Part shown: one piece after another, positions 7,777 through 16,083 of the stretch
Layout: each line of letters starts with the position of its first letter
How positions within the stretch are numbered: position 1 is the first letter of the stretch
Assembly (NCBI GenBank): GCA_964482855.1
Contig: CAYZYY010000001.1
Location: 2,194-34,894 of the forward strand
Reading direction: 5' to 3'
DNA from: an uncultured Candidatus Saccharibacteria bacterium
GTDB lineage: Bacteria > Patescibacteriota > Minisyncoccia > UBA6257 > UBA9933
Length of the DNA: 32,701 nt
The notes under the pieces: model-generated
The model's input: the letters and a program-made list of their open reading frames with translations, nothing else
Database searches by the model: none
Told to the model about the DNA's origin: nothing
Program-made: the position numbers and the translations under genes

Positions 7777-7781
7777 CGTAA

Positions 7782-8963
7782 TTACTTTCTTCTTTTCCTT
7801 AAAAACGTCGGCGTATCCAACGTTTCTTCCGATTGTTTTTTATCCGCTTTTCCTTTTTTTTTCGTTTCTTCGGAGAAAAGCTTCGGATTTAACGGTTCCT
7901 CGTCGGATTTTTCTTTCATCATTTCTTCCAATTCGGTCTCATTTTCCAAAATAGACCCGGGACTGAAAAACTCGGGCAATAAAACGTTATCTTTACCGTT
8001 CAATCCTCCGTTAAAACCGGTGGCAATCAGGGTTACTTTCAACTGGCCCTTGTTAATTCTTCTATCCTGGTAAGTACCGAAGATGATTTTCGCCGACTGG
8101 TCCGCGTTCTCCGAAATCAATCTTGCTATTTCATTAACCTCGTTCATTTTTAAATCCCGGTTGCCGGAAATGCTGAATAATATTCCTTTGGCGCAATCAA
8201 TTGTCGTTTCCAACAGAGGCGAGTTAATTGCCAAATTAGCCGCCTTAAGAGCCCTGTCCTGGCCGCCGGCAATGCCAATACCAATAATAGCGGAGCCGGC
8301 CTCGTTCATGATCGCTTTTACGTCGGCAAAATCAACATTAACAATTCCCGGAGAAGTAATCAACTCGGTAATTCCCAAAACCGAGTTTTTAAGCACCTCG
8401 TCTATTTCTTTGAATGCTTTAACCAAAGGGGTATCTTTATTAATAATGGAAAAGATTCTGTCATTGGGAATTGTTATTAAAGTATCCACTCTGTCTCTCA
8501 TCTTAGCCAGCCCCTCGTAAGCAATTTGGGAACGCCTGGACCCTTCAAACCCGAAAGGCTTGGTAATTACCGCCACAGTTAAAATTCCGAGTTCTTTGGC
8601 TATTTCCGCCACAATCGGGCCCGCTCCGGTTCCGGTTCCGCCGCCGAATCCGGCGGTAATGAAAATTATATCCGCTCCCTTCAGGGCGTCGGCAATTTCC
8701 GGACGATTTTCTTCGGCTGCCTGACGTCCCAAATCCGGATTCATTCCCGTACCCAATCCTTTGGTTAAATTCCTTCCGATATGAATTTTCTTTTTTGCCT
8801 TGGCGTATTTAAGATCCTGGATGTCGGTGTTAATGACGATTAAATCAACGCTTCTTGGAAAATTATCATACATCCGCGACACCGCGTTTCCACCGGCTCC
8901 CCCAACTCCCACAACTTTGATTTTTGCCGGAGAATATTCTTTTTTACGCTTAACCTTTTTCAT
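7782..8963 (-). CDS. ftsZ: Cell division GTPase FtsZ
   Basis: VGVGGAGGNAV and the GGGTGTGAGP tubulin signature, an E/K-rich linker, and the conserved C-terminal peptide DTPTFLRKRRK. Confidence 0.97.
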   Translation of the reverse strand: MKKVKRKKEYSPAKIKVVGVGGAGGNAVSRMYDNFPRSVDLIVINTDIQDLKYAKAKKKIHIGRNLTKGLGTGMNPDLGRQAAEENRPEIADALKGADIIFITAGFGGGTGTGAGPIVAEIAKELGILTVAVITKPFGFEGSRRSQIAYEGLAKMRDRVDTLITIPNDRIFSIINKDTPLVKAFKEIDEVLKNSVLGITELITSPGIVNVDFADVKAIMNEAGSAIIGIGIAGGQDRALKAANLAINSPLLETTIDCAKGILFSISGNRDLKMNEVNEIARLISENADQSAKIIFGTYQDRRINKGQLKVTLIATGFNGGLNGKDNVLLPEFFSPGSILENETELEEMMKEKSDEEPLNPKLFSEETKKKGKADKKQSEETLDTPTFLRKRRK

Positions 8964-8974
8964 TTATTTTATAA

Positions 8975-10234
8975 CTATGGCAGGAAATGTTTAAAAATCT
9001 TTGAAAATAATCCTTTCGATTTATCCGATGACCACCCGTTTTCCTTCAGAGTCCGCTCCATATTCCAAAGCAATAAACCAACTCCTCCGCTGAATTCCAA
9101 TCCCTCAATTTGAGAAGAGGAACCATCGTTAGTTTCATCTGAAATTTCCTTTCCAACGGGGTTTACGAATTCCATGCCGGCAAGCTCGGGAATACCGATT
9201 TGAACGGGCAGTTTTAATTCCTTTTTTGCCAGTTCCAAAATGCCAGCCATTTTTACCCCCCCTCCGGTCAAGACCGCGCCGGCCGGCAGCTGTCCGTATT
9301 TTCCGATTAGTTTCAATTCATTATTAACGAGTTCAAAAATTTCAGCAACCCTAATTTCAATAATTTCCGAAATAAAACGCCTGTTAACCGTTGAATTTAA
9401 TGATTCGTCCACCTGATTAAGCTCAACTTTTTCTTTGGAAGAAACTTCCTTCGCCATGGCTGAACCAAAAGAAAGTTTTATTTTTTCGGCGGTTTCAATC
9501 GAACATCTCAGCCCGATGGCCAAATCATTGGTAATGTTTCCCGAACCAATCGGGAAGACATTGGCCGAAATAAGCTTGCCTTCTTCATAAACACTCATGC
9601 CGGTCGTCCCGAAACCGATATCAATCATTATTACCCCCAATTCTTTTTGGGATTTCGTTAAAACCGCCCGCGAAGAAGCCAAAGGGCCGTAAATCAATCC
9701 CCCCACTTTACCGCCGCTTATTTCAATCGCCTTAATCAAATTGTTAACAGCGGGTTTGAAAGCATCAATTATCAGACTGTTCACCTCCAGCCGATTGCCG
9801 GCCATTCCCAATGGTTCATAAATATCTCCTATTCCGTCAACAACGAACTCTTTGGTAATGGTGTGGATAATTATTCTGTTGGGACCAAGATTAATTGCTT
9901 GAGAGGCCTTTATAACCCTTTCAACGTCCTCGGGGTAAATCTCGCTGTCCGCCCTGGAAACGGCTACTATGCCCCGGGAATTTTGGAGTCTGACGTTGCT
10001 GCCGCCGACATTCACGAAAACATTCCTGGCCGCCGATTTACTGACTTTTTTAATTCCATCAATTGTCAGTTTTAAAGGTTGAATTATTTCTTCAGGAGAC
10101 ACTATTTCCCCTTTTCGAATACCCGCCGAAGGAACCCTGAAAACGTTTGACAAGGACAGTTTGCCGTCTTTTTTGGCTTCCGCCACCAAAACCTTAATTT
10201 GAGATGTTCCCAAGTCTAAAGCAGCAATGTGCAT
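8975..10234 (-). CDS. ftsA: Cell division protein FtsA
   Basis: Actin-fold N-terminus ALDLGTSQIKVLVAE, a C-terminal amphipathic tail GLFSKIFKHFLP, and a position directly upstream of ftsZ. TAG stop at 8975. Confidence 0.95.
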   Translation of the reverse strand: MHIAALDLGTSQIKVLVAEAKKDGKLSLSNVFRVPSAGIRKGEIVSPEEIIQPLKLTIDGIKKVSKSAARNVFVNVGGSNVRLQNSRGIVAVSRADSEIYPEDVERVIKASQAINLGPNRIIIHTITKEFVVDGIGDIYEPLGMAGNRLEVNSLIIDAFKPAVNNLIKAIEISGGKVGGLIYGPLASSRAVLTKSQKELGVIMIDIGFGTTGMSVYEEGKLISANVFPIGSGNITNDLAIGLRCSIETAEKIKLSFGSAMAKEVSSKEKVELNQVDESLNSTVNRRFISEIIEIRVAEIFELVNNELKLIGKYGQLPAGAVLTGGGVKMAGILELAKKELKLPVQIGIPELAGMEFVNPVGKEISDETNDGSSSQIEGLEFSGGVGLLLWNMERTLKENGWSSDKSKGLFSKIFKHFLP

Positions 10235-10260
10235 ATAATATTATATGGTTACCCAATCGT

Positions 10261-10680
10261 TTAATTAATTAATTTCTTAATTACCGACTTTTCCTTTCGT
10301 TCCATTCTCATTCTATCACTTTTTTCCCGATGATTGTAGCCCAGAAGATGAAGAGTCCCGTGAACCAGCAAACGAAGGATGTTTTCCGGTTTCCGGCTTT
10401 CAGCTTTTGACGTATTGAGGTAAATCTCGCCAAGGGTTTTTAAGCTGGATGGCGGTAAAATAAAATTCCGCGGTTCTTTAAAGCTTAAAACAGTGGTTAT
10501 TTTGTCCCGGCCGCGAAATTTTTTGTTCAATAACTTCATTCTCCCGTCGCTAATCAGATAAATATCAACCAAAACATTGTCTTTTTTTAAAATTTTCAAT
10601 ATTTCCAAAACCGGAAGCTTAATTTCTTTTTCAATTTTTCCGTCTTTCCCGTTTAAATTTATAACCGAAACCTTATTCAT
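10261..10680 (-). CDS. ybeY: rRNA maturation endoribonuclease YbeY
   Basis: HGTLHLLGYNH (HxxxHxxxxxH zinc motif), 139 aa. It overlaps the yqeY stop by 8 nt. Confidence 0.9.
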   Translation of the reverse strand: MNKVSVINLNGKDGKIEKEIKLPVLEILKILKKDNVLVDIYLISDGRMKLLNKKFRGRDKITTVLSFKEPRNFILPPSSLKTLGEIYLNTSKAESRKPENILRLLVHGTLHLLGYNHREKSDRMRMERKEKSVIKKLIN

Positions 10681-11143
10681 GCCGAAGAATTTCCTTGATA
10701 ACTTCGCTTACGGTTGAGGCGTCGGCTTTGCTTTTTAATTCTTTCATTGCTTCGCCCATTACTTTACCGAAATCCTTAATTTCTTTGGCTCCGGTTTTCT
10801 CAATCGCGGCTTTGACAACTTTCTCTATTTCCTCAACGGGCATTTCCTCGGGTAAATATTTTTTGATTATTTCCAGTTCCTTGGCTTCTTTTTCCGCCAA
10901 ATCATTCCGGCCGCCTTTTTTATACGCCTCTATCGCCTCCTTTCTTTTTTTCGCCTCTTTTGACAAAACCTCAATGATTTCTTCATCTGACAAGCCCGGT
11001 TCCGCATCCTTATTCTTGCTCTTTTTTTCAATTTCCCTGTTATGTATACTCGCCAAAACCATTCTAAAAATGCCGACCTCGAATTCCCGGCCGGCTTTCA
11101 TGGCTTGCTTCAAATTTTCGGTTATTGTTACGTGAATGGCCAT
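10673..11143 (-). CDS. yqeY: GatB/YqeY domain protein
   Basis: K/E-rich helical protein of ~156 aa with a YqeY-like N-terminus (LKQAMKAGREFEV...). The rpsU-yqeY neighbourhood matches the one known from Firmicutes. Confidence 0.85.
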   Translation of the reverse strand: MAIHVTITENLKQAMKAGREFEVGIFRMVLASIHNREIEKKSKNKDAEPGLSDEEIIEVLSKEAKKRKEAIEAYKKGGRNDLAEKEAKELEIIKKYLPEEMPVEEIEKVVKAAIEKTGAKEIKDFGKVMGEAMKELKSKADASTVSEVIKEILRHE

Positions 11144-11152
11144 AGTAATTTC

Positions 11153-11243
11153 AAATCTAAAATCTCAAATCTCAAAAATACATCTTAAAAATAAAATTTG
11201 AAAAGATTTAAAATTTGATTTGTAGATTTGAGATTTTAGATTT
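11153..11243 (-). repeat. Perfect 20-bp inverted repeat (long AU-rich hairpin) between rpsU and yqeY
   Basis: AAATCTAAAATCTCAAATCT (11153-11172) is the exact reverse complement of AGATTTGAGATTTTAGATTT (11224-11243). The right arm includes two bases of the rpsU stop codon, and the hairpin ends 9 nt before the yqeY ATG. Confidence 0.75.
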
Positions 11244-11451
11244 ACATTGTTCCCATTTTTTTCGCCTTTTCCACTTCTTTTCTCCTTTTTTCACGATGAA
11301 GGGCTGACCGGCGTTTTTTTAATTTGGAAGCCGGGCGGTCCCGGTATTTTCTCTTTTTTGCCTCGCGCAAAATTCCGCTTTGCTGAATTTTTTTGGAAAA
11401 GCGGTATAGAAAGGCGCTTATTGATTCTCCTTCTCTTCTTTTTACTTCCAT
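11242..11451 (-). CDS. rpsU: 30S ribosomal protein S21
   Basis: Small, highly basic protein (MEVKRREGESISAFLYRFSKK...KRRSALHREKRRK). The track start at 11466 is TTG, so the ATG at 11451 is preferred. Confidence 0.85.
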   Translation of the reverse strand: MEVKRREGESISAFLYRFSKKIQQSGILREAKKRKYRDRPASKLKKRRSALHREKRRKEVEKAKKMGTM

Positions 11452-11492
11452 GCCGTTTTTACCCAAGAACGATAGTGATTGGCTGTAAAACC

Positions 11493-11604
11493 GAGCACCC
11501 CGCCCTCTGGGCGTGTTAAATCATAAAAATTATTTTATCGAAATTAATTCTTAAATTGCAAATTACTCCTTATCCAACCCACATAGAAGGCGGGGTAAAG
11601 GTTT
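11493..11604 (-). repeat. Copy 1 of a ~112-nt intergenic element with GC-rich terminal inverted repeats
   Basis: GAGCACCCCGCCCTCTG (11493-11509), an AT-rich core, then AGAAGGCGGGGTAAAGGTTT (11585-11604). It aligns along its whole length with 12095-12207. Confidence 0.7.
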
Positions 11605-11619
11605 GATGTGTGAAAAATA

Positions 11620-12042
11620 CTACGCCTTTGGCTTGAATTTTTCAATCAAACTCTTTATCTCATCCAAACTTTCTTTCGGCGGGTTGTTTACCACGTCGTG
11701 AACCGAACCGCCGCCGTCATTGAACCATCTGGGTATTACGTGAATATGAAGATGCCCAACGGTCTGGCCACTAACCTTACCATGATTTATGCCTATTGTA
11801 AAACCATCGGGAGCCAGTGATTTATTCAATAATTCGGTGGTCTTTTTCACCGCCCTGAAAACCCCCTCTATTTCTCCGTCCGGCAATTCAAGGATGGTTT
11901 CCGCGTGAACTTTCGGCAAAACCATTACATGACCCGGAGACTTAGGATGGATATCGAGAATGACAAGGGCGCTCTCGTCCTCATAAATGTCCCATAAAGG
12001 GACTTCTTTATTAATAACTTTGCAAAAAAAGCAATCTGCCAT
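11620..12042 (-). CDS. HIT-family nucleotide hydrolase/transferase
   Basis: Histidine triad GHLHIHVIPR, 140 aa. ATG 12042. Confidence 0.9.
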   Translation of the reverse strand: MADCFFCKVINKEVPLWDIYEDESALVILDIHPKSPGHVMVLPKVHAETILELPDGEIEGVFRAVKKTTELLNKSLAPDGFTIGINHGKVSGQTVGHLHIHVIPRWFNDGGGSVHDVVNNPPKESLDEIKSLIEKFKPKA

Positions 12043-12094
12043 AATATTTTATAAATTTACGAACCGAAGGTGAAGAAAATTTATCTAAAATTTT

Positions 12095-12207
12095 GAGCAC
12101 CCCGCCCTCTGTATCTATCAAATAATAACTGAATCATAAATTTTATCATTAATTTTCTAAAAGCGTTTACTTTTATTCAACAAACATGGAAGGCGGGGCT
12201 AAAGTTT
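12095..12207 (-). repeat. Copy 2 of the ~112-nt intergenic element
   Basis: GAGCACCCCGCCCTCTG (12095-12111), an AT-rich core sharing AATCATAAA, TTTTATC and ATTAATT blocks with copy 1, then GGAAGGCGGGGCTAAAGTTT (12188-12207). Confidence 0.7.
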
Positions 12208-12255
12208 AATAAATAAATTTCGTTCTCCTGGTGGCTCCGAAATTTATATTAAGCC

Positions 12256-13605
12256 TTAAGTTTTTTTCCTTAATTTCCTCTTTACCACGTCAACCGCTTT
12301 AATCAACGGCACTGTTTCCTGAGTCCCGCTCTTCATATCCCTGATGATAATATTTTCTTCAAAAAATTCCTTTTGTCCCAAAATTAAAGCCAGTTCCACT
12401 TCTTCCTTGTTGGCTATTTTGAGCTGGGATTTAAGCGATTCCTTACCCAAAGATTCAATTACCTTAATGTCGGCCCGGCGAAATTCTTCAACCAGACTAA
12501 AAGCTCTTTTCTTTGCCGGTTTTCCAATCTGAATCAGAAAAACTTTCGATTTGGCCGCGGAAAGACCGCGAATTTCCAGGGTTTTCATTAATTCAATAAT
12601 CCGTTCAACCCCTAAACTGTTTCCCACCGCGGGAAGGGCGCTTTTCTTTCCCCCGATAATTTCTCCCAGATAATCATAACGGCCTCCTCCGCCCAGGGCA
12701 AGATTATAATCTTCGGTCATTATTTCAAAAACCGTCCGGTTATAATAATCCAATCCCCTGACCAAATGAGAATTTAAAACATAGGGCAATTCCAATTCAT
12801 CCAAATATTCCAAAACCCCGCGAAAATGGCCGCGACAATTTGAACAAAGATAATCAATCGTTGCCGGGGCTTTGATTTTTATCCCTTCGCAGTTCTCGTT
12901 CTTACAATCAAGAAGGCGGAGAGGATTCAACGACAGGCGCCGACGGCAATCTTTGCAGATTCTGGAAGAAAATCTTCGGTAATAATCCTGCAGCTTTTTG
13001 CGATAAATCAATCTGCAACTTTTACACCCGAGACTGTTAATCTGAATGGTTAAATTTTTTATTTTTAATTCCTCAATCAGACGGAAAAGAACTAAAATTG
13101 CCTGGGCGTCATAAATGGGATTGTCTTCTCCTCCCAGAATTTCGAAACCAACCTGATAAAACTGCCTGTAGCGGCCGAATTGGGGCTGTTCATAGCGGAA
13201 AAAGGGGCCGAAATAATAAAGTTTCAGCGGCTGGGAAAGACGGGATAAACCGTGTTCGAAATAAGCCCTGACTATTCCCGGGGTATTTTCCGGACGAAGA
13301 GCCATATAGTCTCTTCCCCTGGTTTTGATAGTAAACATTTGTTTTTCAACGATGTCCGTATAAATACCCGTGCCTCTTTCAAAAATTTCCGCGTCTTCCA
13401 AAATCGGCGTGTCAATTCTTGAAAAATTGTAAAAATTAGCCACTTCCTGGCTGGTTTTTCTCAATTTCTCCCACCAGGGCTGTTCTGACGGCAAAATATC
13501 GCGCATACCCTTGGGAGATTGCAATATCTTTTTTTCCTTTTTCTCCTTTTTATCTTTTTTTCCTTTTGTGACTTTTTTGCTTTTACGCTTTGAAGATTTA
13601 GGCAT
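12256..13605 (-). CDS. hisS: Histidine--tRNA ligase with a lysine-rich N-terminal extension
   Basis: GMRDILP, FRYEQPQFGRYRQFYQ (motif 2-like) and GGGGRYD (motif 3-like), plus a Cys-rich insertion containing NPLRLLDCKN. The first ~27 aa (PKSSKRKSKKVTKGKKDKKEKKEKK) precede the usual start of the family. Confidence 0.95.
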   Translation of the reverse strand: MPKSSKRKSKKVTKGKKDKKEKKEKKILQSPKGMRDILPSEQPWWEKLRKTSQEVANFYNFSRIDTPILEDAEIFERGTGIYTDIVEKQMFTIKTRGRDYMALRPENTPGIVRAYFEHGLSRLSQPLKLYYFGPFFRYEQPQFGRYRQFYQVGFEILGGEDNPIYDAQAILVLFRLIEELKIKNLTIQINSLGCKSCRLIYRKKLQDYYRRFSSRICKDCRRRLSLNPLRLLDCKNENCEGIKIKAPATIDYLCSNCRGHFRGVLEYLDELELPYVLNSHLVRGLDYYNRTVFEIMTEDYNLALGGGGRYDYLGEIIGGKKSALPAVGNSLGVERIIELMKTLEIRGLSAAKSKVFLIQIGKPAKKRAFSLVEEFRRADIKVIESLGKESLKSQLKIANKEEVELALILGQKEFFEENIIIRDMKSGTQETVPLIKAVDVVKRKLRKKT

Positions 13606-13628
13606 AACAGGATTGGCTTTTAGCTTTT

Positions 13629-14177
13629 CTAATAGGCCGGTTTTTCAACCGCCATTACCCTATTAAACGGCCAGAGGCGCAGACGCACCAAGCCGACGAT
13701 TTCGGCTTTCTGTAAATTCCCCCAGCTTCTGGAATCGAAACTGTAATTCCTGTTATCGCCCATGACGAAATATTCGTTGTTTTTCAAAACAACCTCTTTT
13801 GCCCCGGAAGTCTTGATGTCCGCCGGCAAATAATTTTCGTCAACCGCAAAACCATCGGGATATTCCCGGTTAAAAACGACAACCTCGCCTTTATTAATAC
13901 TTAACCTTTCATTCGGCAAGCCGATAATTCTTTTTATGTAATAAACGCTTTCGTCGCCGGGATAATGAAAAACCACCACCTCTCCGCGCTGGGGCTCCCG
14001 AAAACGATAACTGACTTCGTCAATTAGAAGGTAATCCCCCGAAGAAAAGTTCGGTTCCATTGACGCGCCACTGACCAAAAACGGCTGTATCAAAAAATTG
14101 CGGACGACGATTACGGTAATGACCGCTATCAAAACAACTTCGAATATTTCCCAGAGCGAATAAAGAAAAGATTTCAT
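13629..14177 (-). CDS. lepB: Signal peptidase I
   Basis: N-terminal TM segment, the catalytic Ser box SGASMEPN, and GDNRNYSFDSR (box E). Confidence 0.92.
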   Translation of the reverse strand: MKSFLYSLWEIFEVVLIAVITVIVVRNFLIQPFLVSGASMEPNFSSGDYLLIDEVSYRFREPQRGEVVVFHYPGDESVYYIKRIIGLPNERLSINKGEVVVFNREYPDGFAVDENYLPADIKTSGAKEVVLKNNEYFVMGDNRNYSFDSRSWGNLQKAEIVGLVRLRLWPFNRVMAVEKPAY

Positions 14178-14181
14178 TTTA

Positions 14182-14210
14182 TTGAAAAATTATCAATTTA
14201 AGTTTAAGAT
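14182..14210 (+). promoter_or_regulatory. Candidate pth promoter giving a leaderless transcript
   Basis: TTGAAA (14182-14187), a 17-nt spacer, TAAGAT (14205-14210). The A of the pth ATG (14217) lies 7 nt downstream of the -10 element. Confidence 0.35.
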
Positions 14211-14216
14211 AAAAAG

Positions 14217-14762
14217 ATGGCAAAAGTCAATATAGAAGGAGTAAAAATTGTTATCGGGCTGGGAAACCCAGGTAAAAAATACGAAAAAACTTACCATAAT
14301 ACGGGGTTTTTGGCCGTTGATTTTTTAATTAAAAACATCTCAGTTTCTTCCGGCCTTTCAAAATTCCGGATTCCGAGCTCCAAAAATTTCGGCTATGTTA
14401 AAATCGGGAAGTTGGTCCTTATTAAACCCCTAACCTTTATGAATAATTCCGGCAAAGCCGTAAAAGAGGCCATAAGATATTTCTCGGCAAAACCGGAGGA
14501 AGTTTTAATTATTCACGACGATTCCGATATTAATTTGGGAAAATGCAAAGTTTCTTTTGGCCGCGGTTCAGCCGGGCACCAAGGAGTGGAATCAATTGTA
14601 AAATTTTTACATACCAAAAACTTCCAGAGACTGAGAGTTGGCGTCAAACAGACGGGGAAAAAGGCCGAGGAAATCGTTTTGAAAAAAATCGGCAAAAATG
14701 ACTTAAAAATCATTGAAAAAGTTTTTAAAACAATCAATATAAAAGACCATGACAAATGCTAA
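14217..14762 (+). CDS. pth: Peptidyl-tRNA hydrolase
   Basis: GLGNPGKKYEKTYHNTGF N-terminal signature, 181 aa. Its 3' end overlaps the next ORF by 14 nt. Confidence 0.92.
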   Translation: MAKVNIEGVKIVIGLGNPGKKYEKTYHNTGFLAVDFLIKNISVSSGLSKFRIPSSKNFGYVKIGKLVLIKPLTFMNNSGKAVKEAIRYFSAKPEEVLIIHDDSDINLGKCKVSFGRGSAGHQGVESIVKFLHTKNFQRLRVGVKQTGKKAEEIVLKKIGKNDLKIIEKVFKTINIKDHDKC

Positions 14763-16071
14763 AAAAATAATAATTTTCTTCGGAGACATCCTGATTTTAT
14801 ACGGCGCCTTGGTTATTACTTTAATTTTCCGCTACGGACCGGATTATTTTCAGGAATCATTTCATGCCCACATTAAACCATTTTCACTGATTTTTATAAT
14901 TTGGGCGCTGATTTTTTATCTGGCCGATTTGTATAAAGACAAATATTTAAGAATCGGTTTGGCAACGATTCAGGTTTTTGCCATAGCAATTGTCGTCAGC
15001 GCGGTTAATTCAATAATTCTTTTCTACCTTTTCCCTTCGTTTTTCAATTTGACGCCAAAAACTAATCTGGTAATTTTTGCCCTGATTTTCGGAATCCTGG
15101 ACCTTGGCTGGCGGTTTGTTTTGGTTAAAATTTTCATTTCCGGCGGCTGGAGAAACCGCCTGCTTTTTATCGGCCAATCGCCGATTATTGACGAAGTCAT
15201 CAATTATCTTAAAAACAATCCCCAAACCGGATACGACGTTGTTTTTCGAACTGAAAAATATTCGGGACAAAAAGCGGAAAATGACATTAATCAAATCATT
15301 GATAGAGAAAAAATCAATACCATTGTCATTCAGCCCCATCTTAAAAAAGACCAAAAAATCACCAAGTTTTTTTATCAGTTAATTTCTTCAAAAATCGCCA
15401 TTGTGGATTTGGTAACCTTTTACGAAACGATTTTTCAAAAACTACCCGTAAACGAGCTTGAAGAAAGCTGGTTTATTGAAAAAATAACCGGCTACCGGCG
15501 ACTATATGACATAACAAAAAGAACCATTGATTTTGGATTGGCTTTGTTTTGGGGTATTATTTTATCGCCTTTTATCGTAATTATCGCCGTTTTAACGAAA
15601 CTAAGCTCCAGGAAAGGACCCGTTATTTACAAACAAGAAAGAATCGGGGCTAATAATAAAATTTTTACCCTTTATAAATTCGGAACAATGCAGTTGGATA
15701 AAGGAAAACTTTGGACTGTGAAAAACGACAAAAGATTGACTTCTGTGGGCAAGTTTCTTAATTATACCCATTTAAACGAGATTCCCCAACTTTATAATAT
15801 TATAAAAGGCGATATTTCTTTTATCGGACCAAGAGCCGAACGCCGGGAACTGGCTGAGCTTTACCAACAACTCCCCTATTATGAAATCCGCCACATTATA
15901 AAACCCGGGCTGACCGGCTGGGCCCAGGTTAATTACAAGCCGAGCGCCTCGCTTGAAGAAGCCAGGGAAAAACTGCAATATGACATTTATTACATTAAAA
16001 ACCGTTCTTTGATTCTGGACTTGATGATTTTATTGAAAACAATCAGATATTTATTCTTATCCAATCATTGA
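14749..16071 (+). CDS. Polyprenyl-phosphate sugar-phosphotransferase (bacterial sugar transferase, WbaP/EpsL-like priming enzyme)
   Basis: N-terminal multi-TM region. The C-terminal Bac_transf pattern is KRTIDFGLALFWGIILSPF...GPVIYKQERIGANNKIFTLYKFGTM ... LNEIPQLYNIIKGDISFIGPRAE. Confidence 0.9.
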   Translation: MTNAKKIIIFFGDILILYGALVITLIFRYGPDYFQESFHAHIKPFSLIFIIWALIFYLADLYKDKYLRIGLATIQVFAIAIVVSAVNSIILFYLFPSFFNLTPKTNLVIFALIFGILDLGWRFVLVKIFISGGWRNRLLFIGQSPIIDEVINYLKNNPQTGYDVVFRTEKYSGQKAENDINQIIDREKINTIVIQPHLKKDQKITKFFYQLISSKIAIVDLVTFYETIFQKLPVNELEESWFIEKITGYRRLYDITKRTIDFGLALFWGIILSPFIVIIAVLTKLSSRKGPVIYKQERIGANNKIFTLYKFGTMQLDKGKLWTVKNDKRLTSVGKFLNYTHLNEIPQLYNIIKGDISFIGPRAERRELAELYQQLPYYEIRHIIKPGLTGWAQVNYKPSASLEEAREKLQYDIYYIKNRSLILDLMILLKTIRYLFLSNH

Positions 16072-16083
16072 ACAAGTTTTAAA

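Noticed and set aside
7764-7779. A canonical NrdR box upstream of nrdD.
   Set aside because: The sequence here (GGTATATTAGTATCGT) and the ATACTAAT repeats are not a 16-bp palindrome. They do not fit the NrdR consensus as I recall it, so I report them only as unexplained repeats.
8083-8520. 145-aa plus-strand ORF antisense to ftsZ. Similar long antisense or alternative-frame ORFs occur at 10695-11135, 19490-19963, 20610-20990, 25487-25900, 21951-22319 and 4110-4496.
   Set aside because: Each lies entirely inside a gene whose opposite-strand or other-frame product has unmistakable family motifs. Their translations are low-complexity (S/F/L/I/K-rich), as expected for shadow ORFs in AT-rich, K/E-rich coding DNA.
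11493-12207. The idea that the GC-rich ends of the twin ~112-nt elements (GGCGGGGTGCTC / CCCCGCC) are tRNA gene fragments or att sites. Also the idea that conserved 4-codon mini-ORFs (ATG TGG GTT GGA TAA and ATG TTT GTT GAA TAA, minus strand) are leader peptides.
   Set aside because: The ends mimic an acceptor stem, but no D-loop, anticodon-arm or T-loop (GTTCGAATC-like) sequence is present and the core is almost pure A/T. No integrase or other mobile gene is nearby. The mini-ORFs have no ribosome-binding context and are too short to distinguish from chance.
12053-12245. Outer ~30-nt imperfect inverted repeat (AAATTTACGAACCGAAGGTGAAGAAAATTT at 12053-12082 against 12215-12245) that might extend element copy 2.
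   Set aside because: The arms match only roughly by eye, the match is driven by AAATTT ends and purine/pyrimidine runs, and copy 1 has no counterpart.
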